Origin: a virus
DNA length: 64,000 nt
Strand: one strand, 5' to 3'
Virus record (IMG/VR): IMGVR_UViG_3300023179_000069
Location: 1 to 64,000 of that record
Shown: positions 1 to 10,171 of the stretch, one piece after another
How the letters are laid out: each line of letters starts with the position of its first letter
Numbering within the stretch: position 1 is the first letter of the stretch
Notes under the pieces: model-generated
Database searches by the model: none
What the model saw: the letters and a program-made list of their open reading frames with translations, nothing else
What the model was told of the DNA's origin: nothing
Program-made: the position numbers and the translations under genes

Positions 1-885
1 TACACTGCACCCGGTGGAGGATTTGGCGCAGACGCGCTTGATAATCTTTTTACCGCATCAGATGGAATCAGTTTTATTGCAGCCTCAGGCGGAGGTGGAG
101 GTGGAGGAACATATGTTGTTGATTCCCTAAATGGCAATTATAGAATTTTACCGGGTGTGGGAAAACAGGCATACGGCGGAGGTTCCGCAATAGCAACAGC
201 AGGATATTCAGGCGGAGGAGGTGGTGCTGGATCTGCTGGAAATCCAAGTCAGTCCGGCAGTTCCGGAGCAGGTGGAGCAGGCGTTACAGGATATTTTCCG
301 GGATTTCTTCCTTCCTCTTTATATTTTTCTGCGGGCGGCGGAGGAGGATACGCGAATGCACTCGGAGCAGGATCGGCTTATTTCGGAGGAGGAAAGGGTG
401 GACCTTATGCAGACTATATAGATTATTCTAATTTATATTTCTGGAAGTATGAATCTACCGTTACTACATCTCCCCTTCAAACATCAGGATCACTTACTTT
501 AATCTTTACAGGTTCTGCATCTGAATGGATGCAAGGAGAGTTTTTCAACATACCCTCTCTTGTGAGTGTAGCACTGGCAAGCATCACATATGCCACAACA
601 TCAACTCAAAAGTGGCAACTAATAAATGTTAATTCTTCAAGTTATACATTCTATAGTGGAATATTAGGTGGTCGGAATTTTAATTCAAGTGGTTCATTGC
701 TTGCTCAAAACTCAGCTTCCACGACTCCAATTTCAGGAAAGGGGCAAAATGCTCAGTATAATCCTGTTGCGGGAGGATATGGAGCCGGAGGGGGAGGCGC
801 TGGAAGACCAACTGAATCCACACAAACATCATATCCCGGAAAAGGCGCACCCGGAATAGTTATAGTAAAATGGTCAGCATCATAA
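1..885 (+). CDS. Glycine-rich virion-associated protein (N-terminus off the left edge)
   Basis: Frame of the 157..885 ORF is open back to base 1; many GGGGG runs; ends GxGAPGIVIVKW, typical of phage Gly-rich domains. Confidence 0.65.
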   Translation, partial: YTAPGGGFGADALDNLFTASDGISFIAASGGGGGGGTYVVDSLNGNYRILPGVGKQAYGGGSAIATAGYSGGGGGAGSAGNPSQSGSSGAGGAGVTGYFPGFLPSSLYFSAGGGGGYANALGAGSAYFGGGKGGPYADYIDYSNLYFWKYESTVTTSPLQTSGSLTLIFTGSASEWMQGEFFNIPSLVSVALASITYATTSTQKWQLINVNSSSYTFYSGILGGRNFNSSGSLLAQNSASTTPISGKGQNAQYNPVAGGYGAGGGGAGRPTESTQTSYPGKGAPGIVIVKWSAS

Positions 886-895
886 GGAGAATATA

Positions 896-3367
896 ATGTC
901 ATATAGGTACAGAGTGATATCTGATAATCCTTTAGGTTACTGGGATTTATCTAATATAAACAGCAGTAGTAATTATGATATTACTACTGCTAGTAATCAT
1001 GCTTTTGTTTCTAGTAATGTTATTTTTTCTACCCCACCACTTATATTAAATTCTGGGTCGGTGGCAAGAATAACCTCACCAACAGCAAGTATTAGAATAA
1101 ACAATACATATGATGCATTTAATGCTAATTCAGTAAACTCAACATATTCATTAGAATTTTGGTTTCATTTTAATGGATTATTTAATGGAAATGGCTACGA
1201 ATTAAACAACACAGCATCTGGATATTTCAATAATAATCAATTAGATATTTTAAAAGCAATAAATACCAGCACTGGCTCAACAATATCAAAAATATACTAT
1301 GACTACAATTCAAATACTTTAAGATATGGATATCCCGGAACGGGAAATTCAGAAGCCTATTATTATTTAAAAAATCTTGATACACCATTGCACATTGTTG
1401 CAACATACAATGGTGGAGCAATAAGCTTAAAAGTTAATAATGATCAGGGTTATAGTGCTATTTTATACAATAATGCTTTAATTAATTCAGCTTCAAGATT
1501 AAATATGGTTCAATATGTAATTGATGGTTCATCAATTAATACAAATTATTCAGGTAGTACAAGCTTTTTGATATCTAATTTAGCAATATATAATTATGAA
1601 TTAAGTTCTAATACAATAAAAAATCATCTCGTCTGGGCCGGATATCAAAATGATCCAGAATATTTTTCAAATAATAATCAAAATGTAGATTATTTTAATT
1701 TAATATATGATTCAAATAATTTTTTGTATTATAGAAAATATGATAAGTTTGATTTAAAAAATTACAAAGAAGAATATAAAACTGCAATAGATGAAAATGG
1801 TATAGGAATAAAATATCTAAGTCCATTACAATTTATTTCTAATTCCGGTGGAACATTAACAGTAAATTCTTCAAGTGGAATGAATTGGTCTTCATCTGCA
1901 GACTATTTATATTTTCCAGATTTTGGTCAATATGTTCAAAATTCATTCTCTATTTTTGTTCAAACATCATCTAGTGTTACAGCGAGCAATCAATATTTAT
2001 TTTCAATTAATTCTGTAGATGGATCAAATATTTTATTTTTGCAAAAAAATCCATTACCGGCATCAGGATATTATTTATATTATTATAATTCTTCAAATGC
2101 ACAATATACTTTATTTGCATCTATAGTTAATCCAACATCGGTTTTGGCGGGCAAAGAAAATGTAGGAATATCATATGATGGATACAACATCTATCTTTAT
2201 GCATCAACATCCTCTGTTGTTAAATCAGTAAATCCTTTTAATATTAATTCAAATAGTACATTGATTCTTGGAAAAAGTAATTCAGCATCAAATATGCCAA
2301 ACAATACAACTTTTTATTCAAATTTAAGTATTTTTGATTACGAAGCAAAAAATTATGCTACTGCGTCTTCTGCTTTTAATTCAAATAAAATGTTATTTGG
2401 ACCACTCACAAGTAGTCTTACATTAAATCAATATGCTTATGTCATTTATGAATATCCAGTGGCTACGATTAATAAAAAAATTGGCGGGTCGTACATAAAT
2501 TGGACATCACCAGACAACATTACTGCCAAAATATCTTATGATGATGGAGATTCTTGGATCAACGCATCTTGGAATTCATATTTAAAAAATCATGACAACA
2601 CAGTATTTCAAGAAAATGTATTAGTTAAATTTGAATTTAATCAAAAATATAATGATTTTTATCCTTTAAGATTAAATAATTTTGAATTTGGAATTTATGA
2701 TAATGATTCATTTGTTTCAGATTTTAAAAATTATCAATTATTTTTTAATTCTGCATCATCTTATAGCACTCAATCCTATAGAAATGTAAATAATAAAATT
2801 GTATTTAGACCAGAAAATTTTGGAGTTACTTTTAAAACAAATTCATCAGAAATAGTTCCGGGATATGCAACGGCATATTCTGCATCAACAGATGCCTACG
2901 GTTTAGATTTTTGGCTAAGAATTGATGATTTACAAACAAATAGAAGTAGTTCTCCAGTTTATTTATTAAATACATCAAGTTATTCCTTATACTACACCGC
3001 CTCAAATCCGGTATTACAATGGGCAAGTGCAGGACCAATATTTATTTATATTAATGGTGCATCTGTGTCAAGAGGATCATATAGTTTATTGCAAAATGAA
3101 TATTATCATGTTGCAATTTCATCAATATCTCCCGTTTCTGGAAACATAAATATAAATGGAGGAGTAGCGAATAGTGGTTCATATAATGCTAATGCTACAT
3201 ATGGATATTTATCACTATGGAACACTCAACCAACGCCAACAGACATTCAAAATAGATATACTTTATTTACATCTAATTTTATTCAAACTGCTTCAACTCA
3301 AGATAATACTTTGTTTTTACGCAATTCTAGTTACTATGATAGCGCTTCTGCATATAAAATTGGTTAG
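896..3367 (+). CDS. LamG/concanavalin A-like domain virion protein
   Basis: N-terminal 'VISDNPLGYW', 'SLEFWF', 'HIVATYNG', 'LAIYNYELS' LamG-like motifs and a second similar C-terminal domain; RBS AGGAG. Confidence 0.65.
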   Translation: MSYRYRVISDNPLGYWDLSNINSSSNYDITTASNHAFVSSNVIFSTPPLILNSGSVARITSPTASIRINNTYDAFNANSVNSTYSLEFWFHFNGLFNGNGYELNNTASGYFNNNQLDILKAINTSTGSTISKIYYDYNSNTLRYGYPGTGNSEAYYYLKNLDTPLHIVATYNGGAISLKVNNDQGYSAILYNNALINSASRLNMVQYVIDGSSINTNYSGSTSFLISNLAIYNYELSSNTIKNHLVWAGYQNDPEYFSNNNQNVDYFNLIYDSNNFLYYRKYDKFDLKNYKEEYKTAIDENGIGIKYLSPLQFISNSGGTLTVNSSSGMNWSSSADYLYFPDFGQYVQNSFSIFVQTSSSVTASNQYLFSINSVDGSNILFLQKNPLPASGYYLYYYNSSNAQYTLFASIVNPTSVLAGKENVGISYDGYNIYLYASTSSVVKSVNPFNINSNSTLILGKSNSASNMPNNTTFYSNLSIFDYEAKNYATASSAFNSNKMLFGPLTSSLTLNQYAYVIYEYPVATINKKIGGSYINWTSPDNITAKISYDDGDSWINASWNSYLKNHDNTVFQENVLVKFEFNQKYNDFYPLRLNNFEFGIYDNDSFVSDFKNYQLFFNSASSYSTQSYRNVNNKIVFRPENFGVTFKTNSSEIVPGYATAYSASTDAYGLDFWLRIDDLQTNRSSSPVYLLNTSSYSLYYTASNPVLQWASAGPIFIYINGASVSRGSYSLLQNEYYHVAISSISPVSGNININGGVANSGSYNANATYGYLSLWNTQPTPTDIQNRYTLFTSNFIQTASTQDNTLFLRNSSYYDSASAYKIG

Positions 3368-3402
3368 TGTATGTCAATATTTTTCAGTTTAGAACAATAA
3401 AA

Positions 3403-3411
3403 TGGTAAAAT
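3403..3411 (+). promoter_or_regulatory. Extended -10 promoter TGGTAAAAT, probably leaderless
   Basis: TGn-TAAAAT in intergenic DNA, 6 nt before ATG 3418, no SD. Confidence 0.55.
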
Positions 3412-3417
3412 TTATTT

Positions 3418-3756
3418 ATGTCTAAAATGAAAATTACACCATTAGAAGAAGTAAATTACGGACTTTACATTTGGCATACTTCAGACGGTAAAGTTGTAAA
3501 AGATGAAGATGGCAACTATCTTTGTATTCCCGCCACAAAAGGCAGTGTTTCTAAAATTAAAAGACTAAAAGAAGTAGCAACACATTACGGATTGGGTGAC
3601 GGAGTAGCTGTATGGTTTTCGGGCCATAGACAAATAACCGATGAAGAATATGAAGATCAAAAACAAAGACTTGAATGGGGTTTAATTCCCGATGAATATG
3701 ATCTTCCAGCATTAAAGGAAGATTTAGAACAAAAAAGGAAGATGAAGATTGTCTAA
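3418..3756 (+). CDS. Hypothetical protein upstream of portal
   Basis: 112-aa ORF overlapping the portal start. Confidence 0.7.
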   Translation: MSKMKITPLEEVNYGLYIWHTSDGKVVKDEDGNYLCIPATKGSVSKIKRLKEVATHYGLGDGVAVWFSGHRQITDEEYEDQKQRLEWGLIPDEYDLPALKEDLEQKRKMKIV

Positions 3757-5326
3757 TTTAACAATAGCTGACGACTCAGATGATTTTGATGTAATTAAAA
3801 TTAAGTCAAATACAGATATTTATGGATATCAGTCAGAAACTACCTTTGAAGATCCATTTTCCAAAAGCTGGGATGATCTGCAAAAGCTAGATGGACTAAG
3901 TGCCAATTTTAAAAGAAGAGTTTCTAGGATGCAAAAATCATTTACTGGCGTAGATGATGCAAAATCTAAGAAGCTTGACCCTCTTGATTTAACAGGATAT
4001 TCTCTTTTCCAGATTGTTCAGCCACCATACAACATGCTTTATCTTGCCCAACTTTTTGATCTTTCACCATTCCACCACGCAGCAGTCAATGCAAAGGTTG
4101 CAAATGTCATTGGGCTTGGATATAGGTTTGAAGAAACACAAAAAGTTCTTGATAAAGTTGAAGATGTAATGGGTGAAGATGAAAAACTTGACAAATTAAG
4201 AAGAAAAATTTCTCGCGGTAAAAGAGATTTACAAGACTATCTAGAGTCTATGAATTCAGACGACACCTTCTTGGAGACTATGAAGAAGATTTATACAGAC
4301 CTTGAAACCACAGGAAATGCCTACATGGAAATTGGTAGAACCTCATCTGGAAGAATTGGATATATTGGACATATTCCAACTATTACAATGCGTATTCGCC
4401 GTCACAGAGATGGCTTTGTTCAGGTTGTATATAACCGCTACACATTCTTTAGAAATTATGGGGATACAACAACAGAAGATCAAATTGGTACAGATCCTCG
4501 TCCAAATGAAGTGATTCACTTTAAAAAGTATGCGCCTACTAATACATACTATGGAATTCCAGATGTTCTTTCAGCAAAGAATGCTGTTGCAGGTGACGAA
4601 TTTGCATCCCGTTTCAACTTGGATTACTTTGAGAATAAAGCAGTTCCAAGATACATTATCACAGTAAAGGGTGCAAGATTGTCTGCAGATTCTGAGCGCA
4701 AACTTCTTGAATTCTTCCAGACAGGATTAAGAGGAAGAAATCACCGCTCACTTTACATCCCGCTTCCATCCGATGGAGAAAATTCTCGCGTAGAATTTAA
4801 GATGGAGCCCGTAGAGGCTGGAGTTCAAGATTCTTCATTCAAGAATTACTCAGTAGAAAACCGTGACCGTATTTTTATTTCCCACCGTGTACCAATCTCT
4901 AAGGTCGGAATTCCACAAGGAGTTTCTTTGGCGGGAGCAAAAGATGCGGACAAAACATTCAAAGAGCAAGTATGTAAGCCAAATCAACAGTACTTGGAAG
5001 AAAGAATTAATAAGTTTATTAAAGAGATTACTGATGCATTTACACTTAAGTTTAATGAACTTACGCTTACAGATGAAGAAACACAGAGTAGAATTGATGA
5101 AGTTTACTTAAGAAATAAGGTTTTTGTTCCTAACGATGTTAGATCACGCAAGGGTCTTGCGCCAAGACCTGAAGGTGATGAGCCAATTGAATTAAAGCCA
5201 CAACAGGCAGCAGAGGCAAGAACACAAATGACAGGAAATAGAACTAGAGATCAAAAAAGAACTACAAATGCCCCAGATAAGCAGGGTGATGCAAGAAATG
5301 CAAAGGGAGAAGGCAGAAAAGTATAA
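3749..5326 (+). CDS. Portal protein
   Basis: 'DLETTGNAYMEI', 'EVIHFK', 'YYGIPD', 'YFENKAVP' portal motifs; position before protease and capsid. Confidence 0.9.
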   Translation: MSNLTIADDSDDFDVIKIKSNTDIYGYQSETTFEDPFSKSWDDLQKLDGLSANFKRRVSRMQKSFTGVDDAKSKKLDPLDLTGYSLFQIVQPPYNMLYLAQLFDLSPFHHAAVNAKVANVIGLGYRFEETQKVLDKVEDVMGEDEKLDKLRRKISRGKRDLQDYLESMNSDDTFLETMKKIYTDLETTGNAYMEIGRTSSGRIGYIGHIPTITMRIRRHRDGFVQVVYNRYTFFRNYGDTTTEDQIGTDPRPNEVIHFKKYAPTNTYYGIPDVLSAKNAVAGDEFASRFNLDYFENKAVPRYIITVKGARLSADSERKLLEFFQTGLRGRNHRSLYIPLPSDGENSRVEFKMEPVEAGVQDSSFKNYSVENRDRIFISHRVPISKVGIPQGVSLAGAKDADKTFKEQVCKPNQQYLEERINKFIKEITDAFTLKFNELTLTDEETQSRIDEVYLRNKVFVPNDVRSRKGLAPRPEGDEPIELKPQQAAEARTQMTGNRTRDQKRTTNAPDKQGDARNAKGEGRKV

Positions 5327-5371
5327 CACTAATTTTGCCTTAATCAAGAAAGTTGATATTATTTATTTAAT

Positions 5372-6997
5372 ATGAGTATTCAAAAAGCAAATTGGCAGAA
5401 TAGTAGTGACAAAATTAATTTTGCTCTACCATTTGCTAAGGTAAACAAGGAAAAAAGAACAGTGTCTGGATTTGCTACATTAGACAATGTAGACAGACAG
5501 GGCGATTTAGTTTTGGCTGACGCTTCTCAAGTTGCTTTTGACAAATTTCGCGGCAATTTAAGAGAAATGCATCAGCCTATTGCAGTAGGCAAGGTTGTTT
5601 CCTTTAATACAGAAGATTTTTATGATCCCAATACAAAAAAGAATCACAAAGGTATTTTTGTTGAAGCCTATATCTCAAAAGGCGCACAAGATACTTGGGA
5701 AAAAGTTCTTGACGGAACATTAACAGGATTTTCAATTGGTGGCAATATCGTTAAAGCATCTATGGAGCCCGGCGAAGAAGATGTCACAGAAAAAAGAAGA
5801 GTTATTAAAGAATATGAATTAATGGAACTTTCACTTGTAGACAATCCAGCAAACCCACTGGCAAACATATTCTCCATTCAAAAGAATGGGGATTCCTTTA
5901 TGTTCAAAGGTATGGCTACAGAAGTAGAAATTGAAAACATTTTTTGGTGCAATACAGATCAAATTGCATCTTCTTATGCAGGAGAAGCAAAAGATTGTCT
6001 AGTTTGCGACACATCAATGTCAAACATCGGATGGGTTGAAAAGAATGATATTGAAAAATCTGAAATTATCCAAAAAGCAGTAGTTTCTTATATGACAAAA
6101 GATGATGCTCCAACATCAGAACATGGTCCAAATAATATTGCTGGAGAATCAGAATCTCGTTCTATCAGCACAGATGATACAATTAACATGTATCCAGATC
6201 AAAATCCTATTGGTGTTACAAAAAATGGAATCAAAGTTGGATCATTTGTAAAGTGGAATTCAAGCGGTGGAACCGCTTACGGAAAAGTTTTAAAGATTGT
6301 TTCAAAGGGCTCAATCAAAGTTCCAAATAGCTCATTTACAATCAAGGCTGAAGAAGGAAACCCAGCCGTACTAATTAAGGTTTACAAGAAAACAGATAAA
6401 GGATTTGTGCCGACAGAAACTACTGTCGGACACAAAGCAGATACACTCAAAGTTGCAAAAATGCGTGTGTCTACAATCAATAAAACATTTTTAAGTGAAG
6501 GAGGGACAGAAATGGCTATTGACCCAGAAGATACAGTAGAATCTACAACAATTGATGAATTTGAAGAAATTGTTGAAGAAGTAGTAGAAGCTACTGAAGT
6601 TGCTACAGCAATTGAAGAAATTGCTACAGAAGATGTTGATTTTACAAAAATGGCATCCGATCTAAAGACCTACTTTGGTAGTGCTTTAAAAAAGAGCGCA
6701 GAAGCTCTTAAAGAAGCAAATGACAATATTGAGGGGAAGATTGAGAAATCGTATAAAGATCTGCAAGGTAATCTTGAAAATTTATCTAACGATTACTCTT
6801 CCCTCCTACAAAAAAGTGCTTCTCTTGAAGCAGAATTAACAGATTTGAAAAAGTCTTTTGATAATGTTGCTGAAAGACTCGCAAAATACGAGAATGATAC
6901 AGCAATCAGAAAGTCTGGAGAAGTTGAACAGGCTCAAGAGACAAAGATTCAAAAAAGTATATGGCAAGGACACTTCCTCGGTGTTTCAGACCTATAA
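5372..6997 (+). CDS. Prohead protease (HK97-type) fused to a Tudor/SH3-like insert and a C-terminal scaffold
   Basis: 'LREMHQ', 'GFSIGG', 'ELSLVDNPAN' protease motifs; 'KVGSFVKWNSSGG...VGHK' insert; acidic coiled-coil C-terminus. Confidence 0.85.
   Translation: MSIQKANWQNSSDKINFALPFAKVNKEKRTVSGFATLDNVDRQGDLVLADASQVAFDKFRGNLREMHQPIAVGKVVSFNTEDFYDPNTKKNHKGIFVEAYISKGAQDTWEKVLDGTLTGFSIGGNIVKASMEPGEEDVTEKRRVIKEYELMELSLVDNPANPLANIFSIQKNGDSFMFKGMATEVEIENIFWCNTDQIASSYAGEAKDCLVCDTSMSNIGWVEKNDIEKSEIIQKAVVSYMTKDDAPTSEHGPNNIAGESESRSISTDDTINMYPDQNPIGVTKNGIKVGSFVKWNSSGGTAYGKVLKIVSKGSIKVPNSSFTIKAEEGNPAVLIKVYKKTDKGFVPTETTVGHKADTLKVAKMRVSTINKTFLSEGGTEMAIDPEDTVESTTIDEFEEIVEEVVEATEVATAIEEIATEDVDFTKMASDLKTYFGSALKKSAEALKEANDNIEGKIEKSYKDLQGNLENLSNDYSSLLQKSASLEAELTDLKKSFDNVAERLAKYENDTAIRKSGEVEQAQETKIQKSIWQGHFLGVSDL
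6512..6997 (+). CDS. Putative nested in-frame scaffolding protein
   Basis: Strong SD GAAGGAGGG (6497-6505) before in-frame ATG 6512 (MAIDPEDTV...); acidic, coiled-coil product. Confidence 0.6.
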   Translation: MAIDPEDTVESTTIDEFEEIVEEVVEATEVATAIEEIATEDVDFTKMASDLKTYFGSALKKSAEALKEANDNIEGKIEKSYKDLQGNLENLSNDYSSLLQKSASLEAELTDLKKSFDNVAERLAKYENDTAIRKSGEVEQAQETKIQKSIWQGHFLGVSDL

Positions 6998-7030
6998 AAA
7001 TCCAAAAAAGAAAGAAGGTGAAATAAAAAT

Positions 7031-8287
7031 ATGAGTAACGAACTACTACAAAAGGTTATTGACACAACAAACCTTGGACAGAACGCAGGTGCTACAAATG
7101 TTCCTTCAGGAGATACCGCAACATATAGCGGTGTTGGTCTACTTTACCCAGATCAGGCTAATAGATTCCTTGACTACATGTGGGATGCAACAATTCTTGC
7201 CAAAACAGCTCGTACAATCCGTATGCGCTCAAACACAACAGAAATTGACCGTACATATGTAAATCAGAGAATTATGACAGTTGCTACAGAAGATCAGCCA
7301 GCAAACTACACAACTGGTTTTACAAATTCAGATGCTAAATTTGCTAAGGTTTCTCTTACAACTCGCAAGCTTCGCCTCGACTGGGAGCTTTCCGCTGAAT
7401 CACTTGAGGACAACATTGAAGGTCCAGATCTAGAGGATCACATTGCTCGCCTCATGGCAACACAAGCCGGTAACGATGTTGAGGATGTTCTCATTAACGG
7501 AGATGGTACATCTTCAGGTCTAATGGGTGCATTCAAAGGTTTCCGCCAGCTTGCTATTGATAACGCACATGTTCTTGACGCAGGTGGCTATGGTCTTGAC
7601 AAGGCTGTATTCAATGCAGCTATCAAGCAGCTACCCCGTAAGTACAAGCAACGCCGTAACCAGTTAAGATTCTTCACAGGTTCCAACTTGGTTCAGGATT
7701 ACCTATACAACCTAACAGCCATGTCACAGACAGGCTTTACACCATTTGACATTGCTTCTAGCATTGTTCGTGGTGATGTTGCAGCCAACGATGGAGGTCC
7801 CGGAACGGTTACACCATTCGCATTCGGAATTCCAGTTGTCAATGTTCCTCTAATTGATGAAAACTCAAGACTAATTCGTGGACTAAGCAACACCGTATCT
7901 AACCTAGGCTCTGCCTCAGTTAACAACGGTTTGCCATCAGGTGATGTTCACTTGACATTCCCACAGAACTTCATCATTGGTATTAAGCGCGATGTTGTTG
8001 TATACCGTTTGTTCCAACCAAAAAAGGACACAATTGAGTATACACTTTTCATCCGTGTTGGATGTCAGCTTGAAAACTATGACGCACATGTTATCGTAAG
8101 AAACATTGCAGTAGGTGGTACAGTCGGAGCATTCGCAACACCATCAACAGGTGGTATCGGAAACTTCGGTGCTTCAGCAGGACCAAGTGTTACATTCTTT
8201 GGAACAGCATCATACTCTGGTGCAACAGCTTCTATTGGTGGAACACCAACAGCCTCAGCAATCAATATTGCTGCTACAACATACTAA
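7031..8287 (+). CDS. Major capsid protein with Ala/Ser/Thr/Gly-rich C-terminal extension
   Basis: HK97-like motifs 'LRLDWELSAESLEDNIEG', 'NDVEDVLINGD'; follows protease; strong RBS; terminator after. Confidence 0.9.
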   Translation: MSNELLQKVIDTTNLGQNAGATNVPSGDTATYSGVGLLYPDQANRFLDYMWDATILAKTARTIRMRSNTTEIDRTYVNQRIMTVATEDQPANYTTGFTNSDAKFAKVSLTTRKLRLDWELSAESLEDNIEGPDLEDHIARLMATQAGNDVEDVLINGDGTSSGLMGAFKGFRQLAIDNAHVLDAGGYGLDKAVFNAAIKQLPRKYKQRRNQLRFFTGSNLVQDYLYNLTAMSQTGFTPFDIASSIVRGDVAANDGGPGTVTPFAFGIPVVNVPLIDENSRLIRGLSNTVSNLGSASVNNGLPSGDVHLTFPQNFIIGIKRDVVVYRLFQPKKDTIEYTLFIRVGCQLENYDAHVIVRNIAVGGTVGAFATPSTGGIGNFGASAGPSVTFFGTASYSGATASIGGTPTASAINIAATTY

Positions 8288-8305
8288 TATTTTTAGTATT
8301 GGGTC

Positions 8306-8329
8306 AAGGGGAGCAGAAATGCTCCCCTT
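8306..8329 (+). terminator. Intrinsic terminator after capsid gene
   Basis: AAGGGGAGCA-GAAA-TGCTCCCCTT perfect hairpin with GNRA loop. Confidence 0.75.
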
Positions 8330-8339
8330 ACTCATTTTC

Positions 8340-8348
8340 TGATATAAT
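8340..8348 (+). promoter_or_regulatory. Extended -10 promoter TGATATAAT
   Basis: Directly after terminator, upstream of RBS of 8372. Confidence 0.6.
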
Positions 8349-8371
8349 CTTATACAAAGAAAGGATTAAAA

Positions 8372-8779
8372 ATGTCTTTTAATGATATGACTCTTATTGA
8401 TCTCAAAAGGATTGCCGATGATTTCGGAGTAGAATCACCCACAAAAATTACAAAACAAAAACTAATTGATTTATTATTTGAAGAAGGCGTTACATATGAT
8501 GTTTATGCACATTTTGATAAATTAAGCAAAGATGCAAGTGAAAAACAGGAGGAAGAGATGCAGTTTGTACCAGCACCACAAATAATTAATAGTTTTATGC
8601 AGAACACAATTTTAGTTAAAATGGATAGAGCAAATCTTAGCTATCAAGTTGGAAGATATATTTTTACTCAAGATCATCCATTTGTTGCTATGACTCAAGA
8701 AGATGCAAATGTTTTATTTAGCACAGAACAGGGGTTTAGGGTAGCAAATCCAATTGAAGCCCAACAATTTTATTCATAA
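8372..8779 (+). CDS. Hypothetical head-associated protein
   Basis: 135 aa; N-terminal short helical domain 'MTLIDLKRIADDFGV'; lies in head-neck block. Confidence 0.6.
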   Translation: MSFNDMTLIDLKRIADDFGVESPTKITKQKLIDLLFEEGVTYDVYAHFDKLSKDASEKQEEEMQFVPAPQIINSFMQNTILVKMDRANLSYQVGRYIFTQDHPFVAMTQEDANVLFSTEQGFRVANPIEAQQFYS

Positions 8780-8793
8780 TGGAGGCAGTTTAG

Positions 8794-9741
8794 TTGCAAG
8801 AAATTCATAAAGGTACTAGTCAAAATGTAGAGCTATACATTTATGACAAAAATGGAAGCCTTACAAATGCTGATTCTACTGTTTTAGTTGATATATATGA
8901 CATGAACAGCGGAAGCACACTTTTAACTTCCGGTTCTGCAATTAATGATTCAAGGTTGGGGCTATACACATTTAATATATCCCCAACCTATACATCTGCA
9001 GCAGATACTGTTTTAAGATTAAATTGGAGATATAGTGTATCTTCAGCATCATATTCTCAATACAGTTATTATTCAGTAGTAACCCCATATGCCAATTTAA
9101 GCGAAATTATAGATTTTAATAATTATGGGGCAAGGCCACAAGATCCAAATTATAAAACACCAGAGCAAATTACATATGCTGAACAAATAGCTAGAATGCA
9201 AATTAATAATTACACAGGCATTAATTTTGGTAAAAGATATGGTTCTCAAGAGGTTTTTGCAATAGGATCAGATGCTGTTGAGTTAACAGAAAGAATGATA
9301 ACGCTAGATAAAGTATATGGCAATGGTGTTTTAATTATTGATAACACAGTTTCTCCACAATATAATATTGCTAATTGGGATGTAGAATTAACTCCAACAG
9401 GAAAAGCTGTAAGAATTGTAAACAATGGCTGGGATGTAAGATATGATAATCAGGTTGACCCTACAATTCTTTATTATGGTCAATTTAGAAAAAATGAAAG
9501 ATATTCATTTACTGGATATATCGGCTATGAATATGTACCTCAAGATATTAAACTTTGCACAATGCTTCTTGCAAATGATTTGCTTTCCAATGACGCGGCA
9601 TGGAGAGTGAAATATTTGAAATCAATTAAATTAAGTGAAACTCAATTTACTCTGGCATCCGGGGCATTTAATGGAACAGGAAATGTTATTGTTGACTCTA
9701 TTCTGGATTCATATAGAAATGTCGGCATTGTGGTGATTTAA
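8794..9741 (+). CDS. Head-to-tail adaptor
   Basis: 'ARMQINNYTG', 'GYEYVPQDIK', 'VDSILDSYR' adaptor-like motifs with N-terminal Ig-like region; synteny. Confidence 0.7.
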   Translation: MQEIHKGTSQNVELYIYDKNGSLTNADSTVLVDIYDMNSGSTLLTSGSAINDSRLGLYTFNISPTYTSAADTVLRLNWRYSVSSASYSQYSYYSVVTPYANLSEIIDFNNYGARPQDPNYKTPEQITYAEQIARMQINNYTGINFGKRYGSQEVFAIGSDAVELTERMITLDKVYGNGVLIIDNTVSPQYNIANWDVELTPTGKAVRIVNNGWDVRYDNQVDPTILYYGQFRKNERYSFTGYIGYEYVPQDIKLCTMLLANDLLSNDAAWRVKYLKSIKLSETQFTLASGAFNGTGNVIVDSILDSYRNVGIVVI

Positions 9742-9742
9742 T

Positions 9743-10171
9743 ATGTTTAAATCATATGCAGCATCACACATGAATATGAAAGCAGATATTTATATACAAA
9801 AACCAGAACAAAGTGCAACTGGAGTAATTACAAGAAAATGGTTATATGAAAAAACTGTTGATTGCAGAGCAGAAGCAGTTGATCAATTTAGATTTTTTAA
9901 AAAAATTGATAGAACAGTAGATGGATTTTTTGACGAAACATATGTAAGACTTAAAACTATAGAACCTATTTCTAGAAGATGGAGAATTTCAACAATTCGT
10001 GGAAATAATGGAAAAGATGTTTTTCAAGAATTAGATAAAATTTCTCAAGATAATACAATTTTTGAAGTAAGAGAAAGTCATGCCGTAACTGATCCGTTTG
10101 GCAATATATCTTATTATGAAACCTTGTTAAGAAGAGCGGTGGTACAAGAAAATGATATCTATTCGGGTTGA
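9743..10171 (+). CDS. Head closure/stopper protein
   Basis: Size, beta-rich sequence and position after adaptor. Confidence 0.55.
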   Translation: MFKSYAASHMNMKADIYIQKPEQSATGVITRKWLYEKTVDCRAEAVDQFRFFKKIDRTVDGFFDETYVRLKTIEPISRRWRISTIRGNNGKDVFQELDKISQDNTIFEVRESHAVTDPFGNISYYETLLRRAVVQENDIYSG

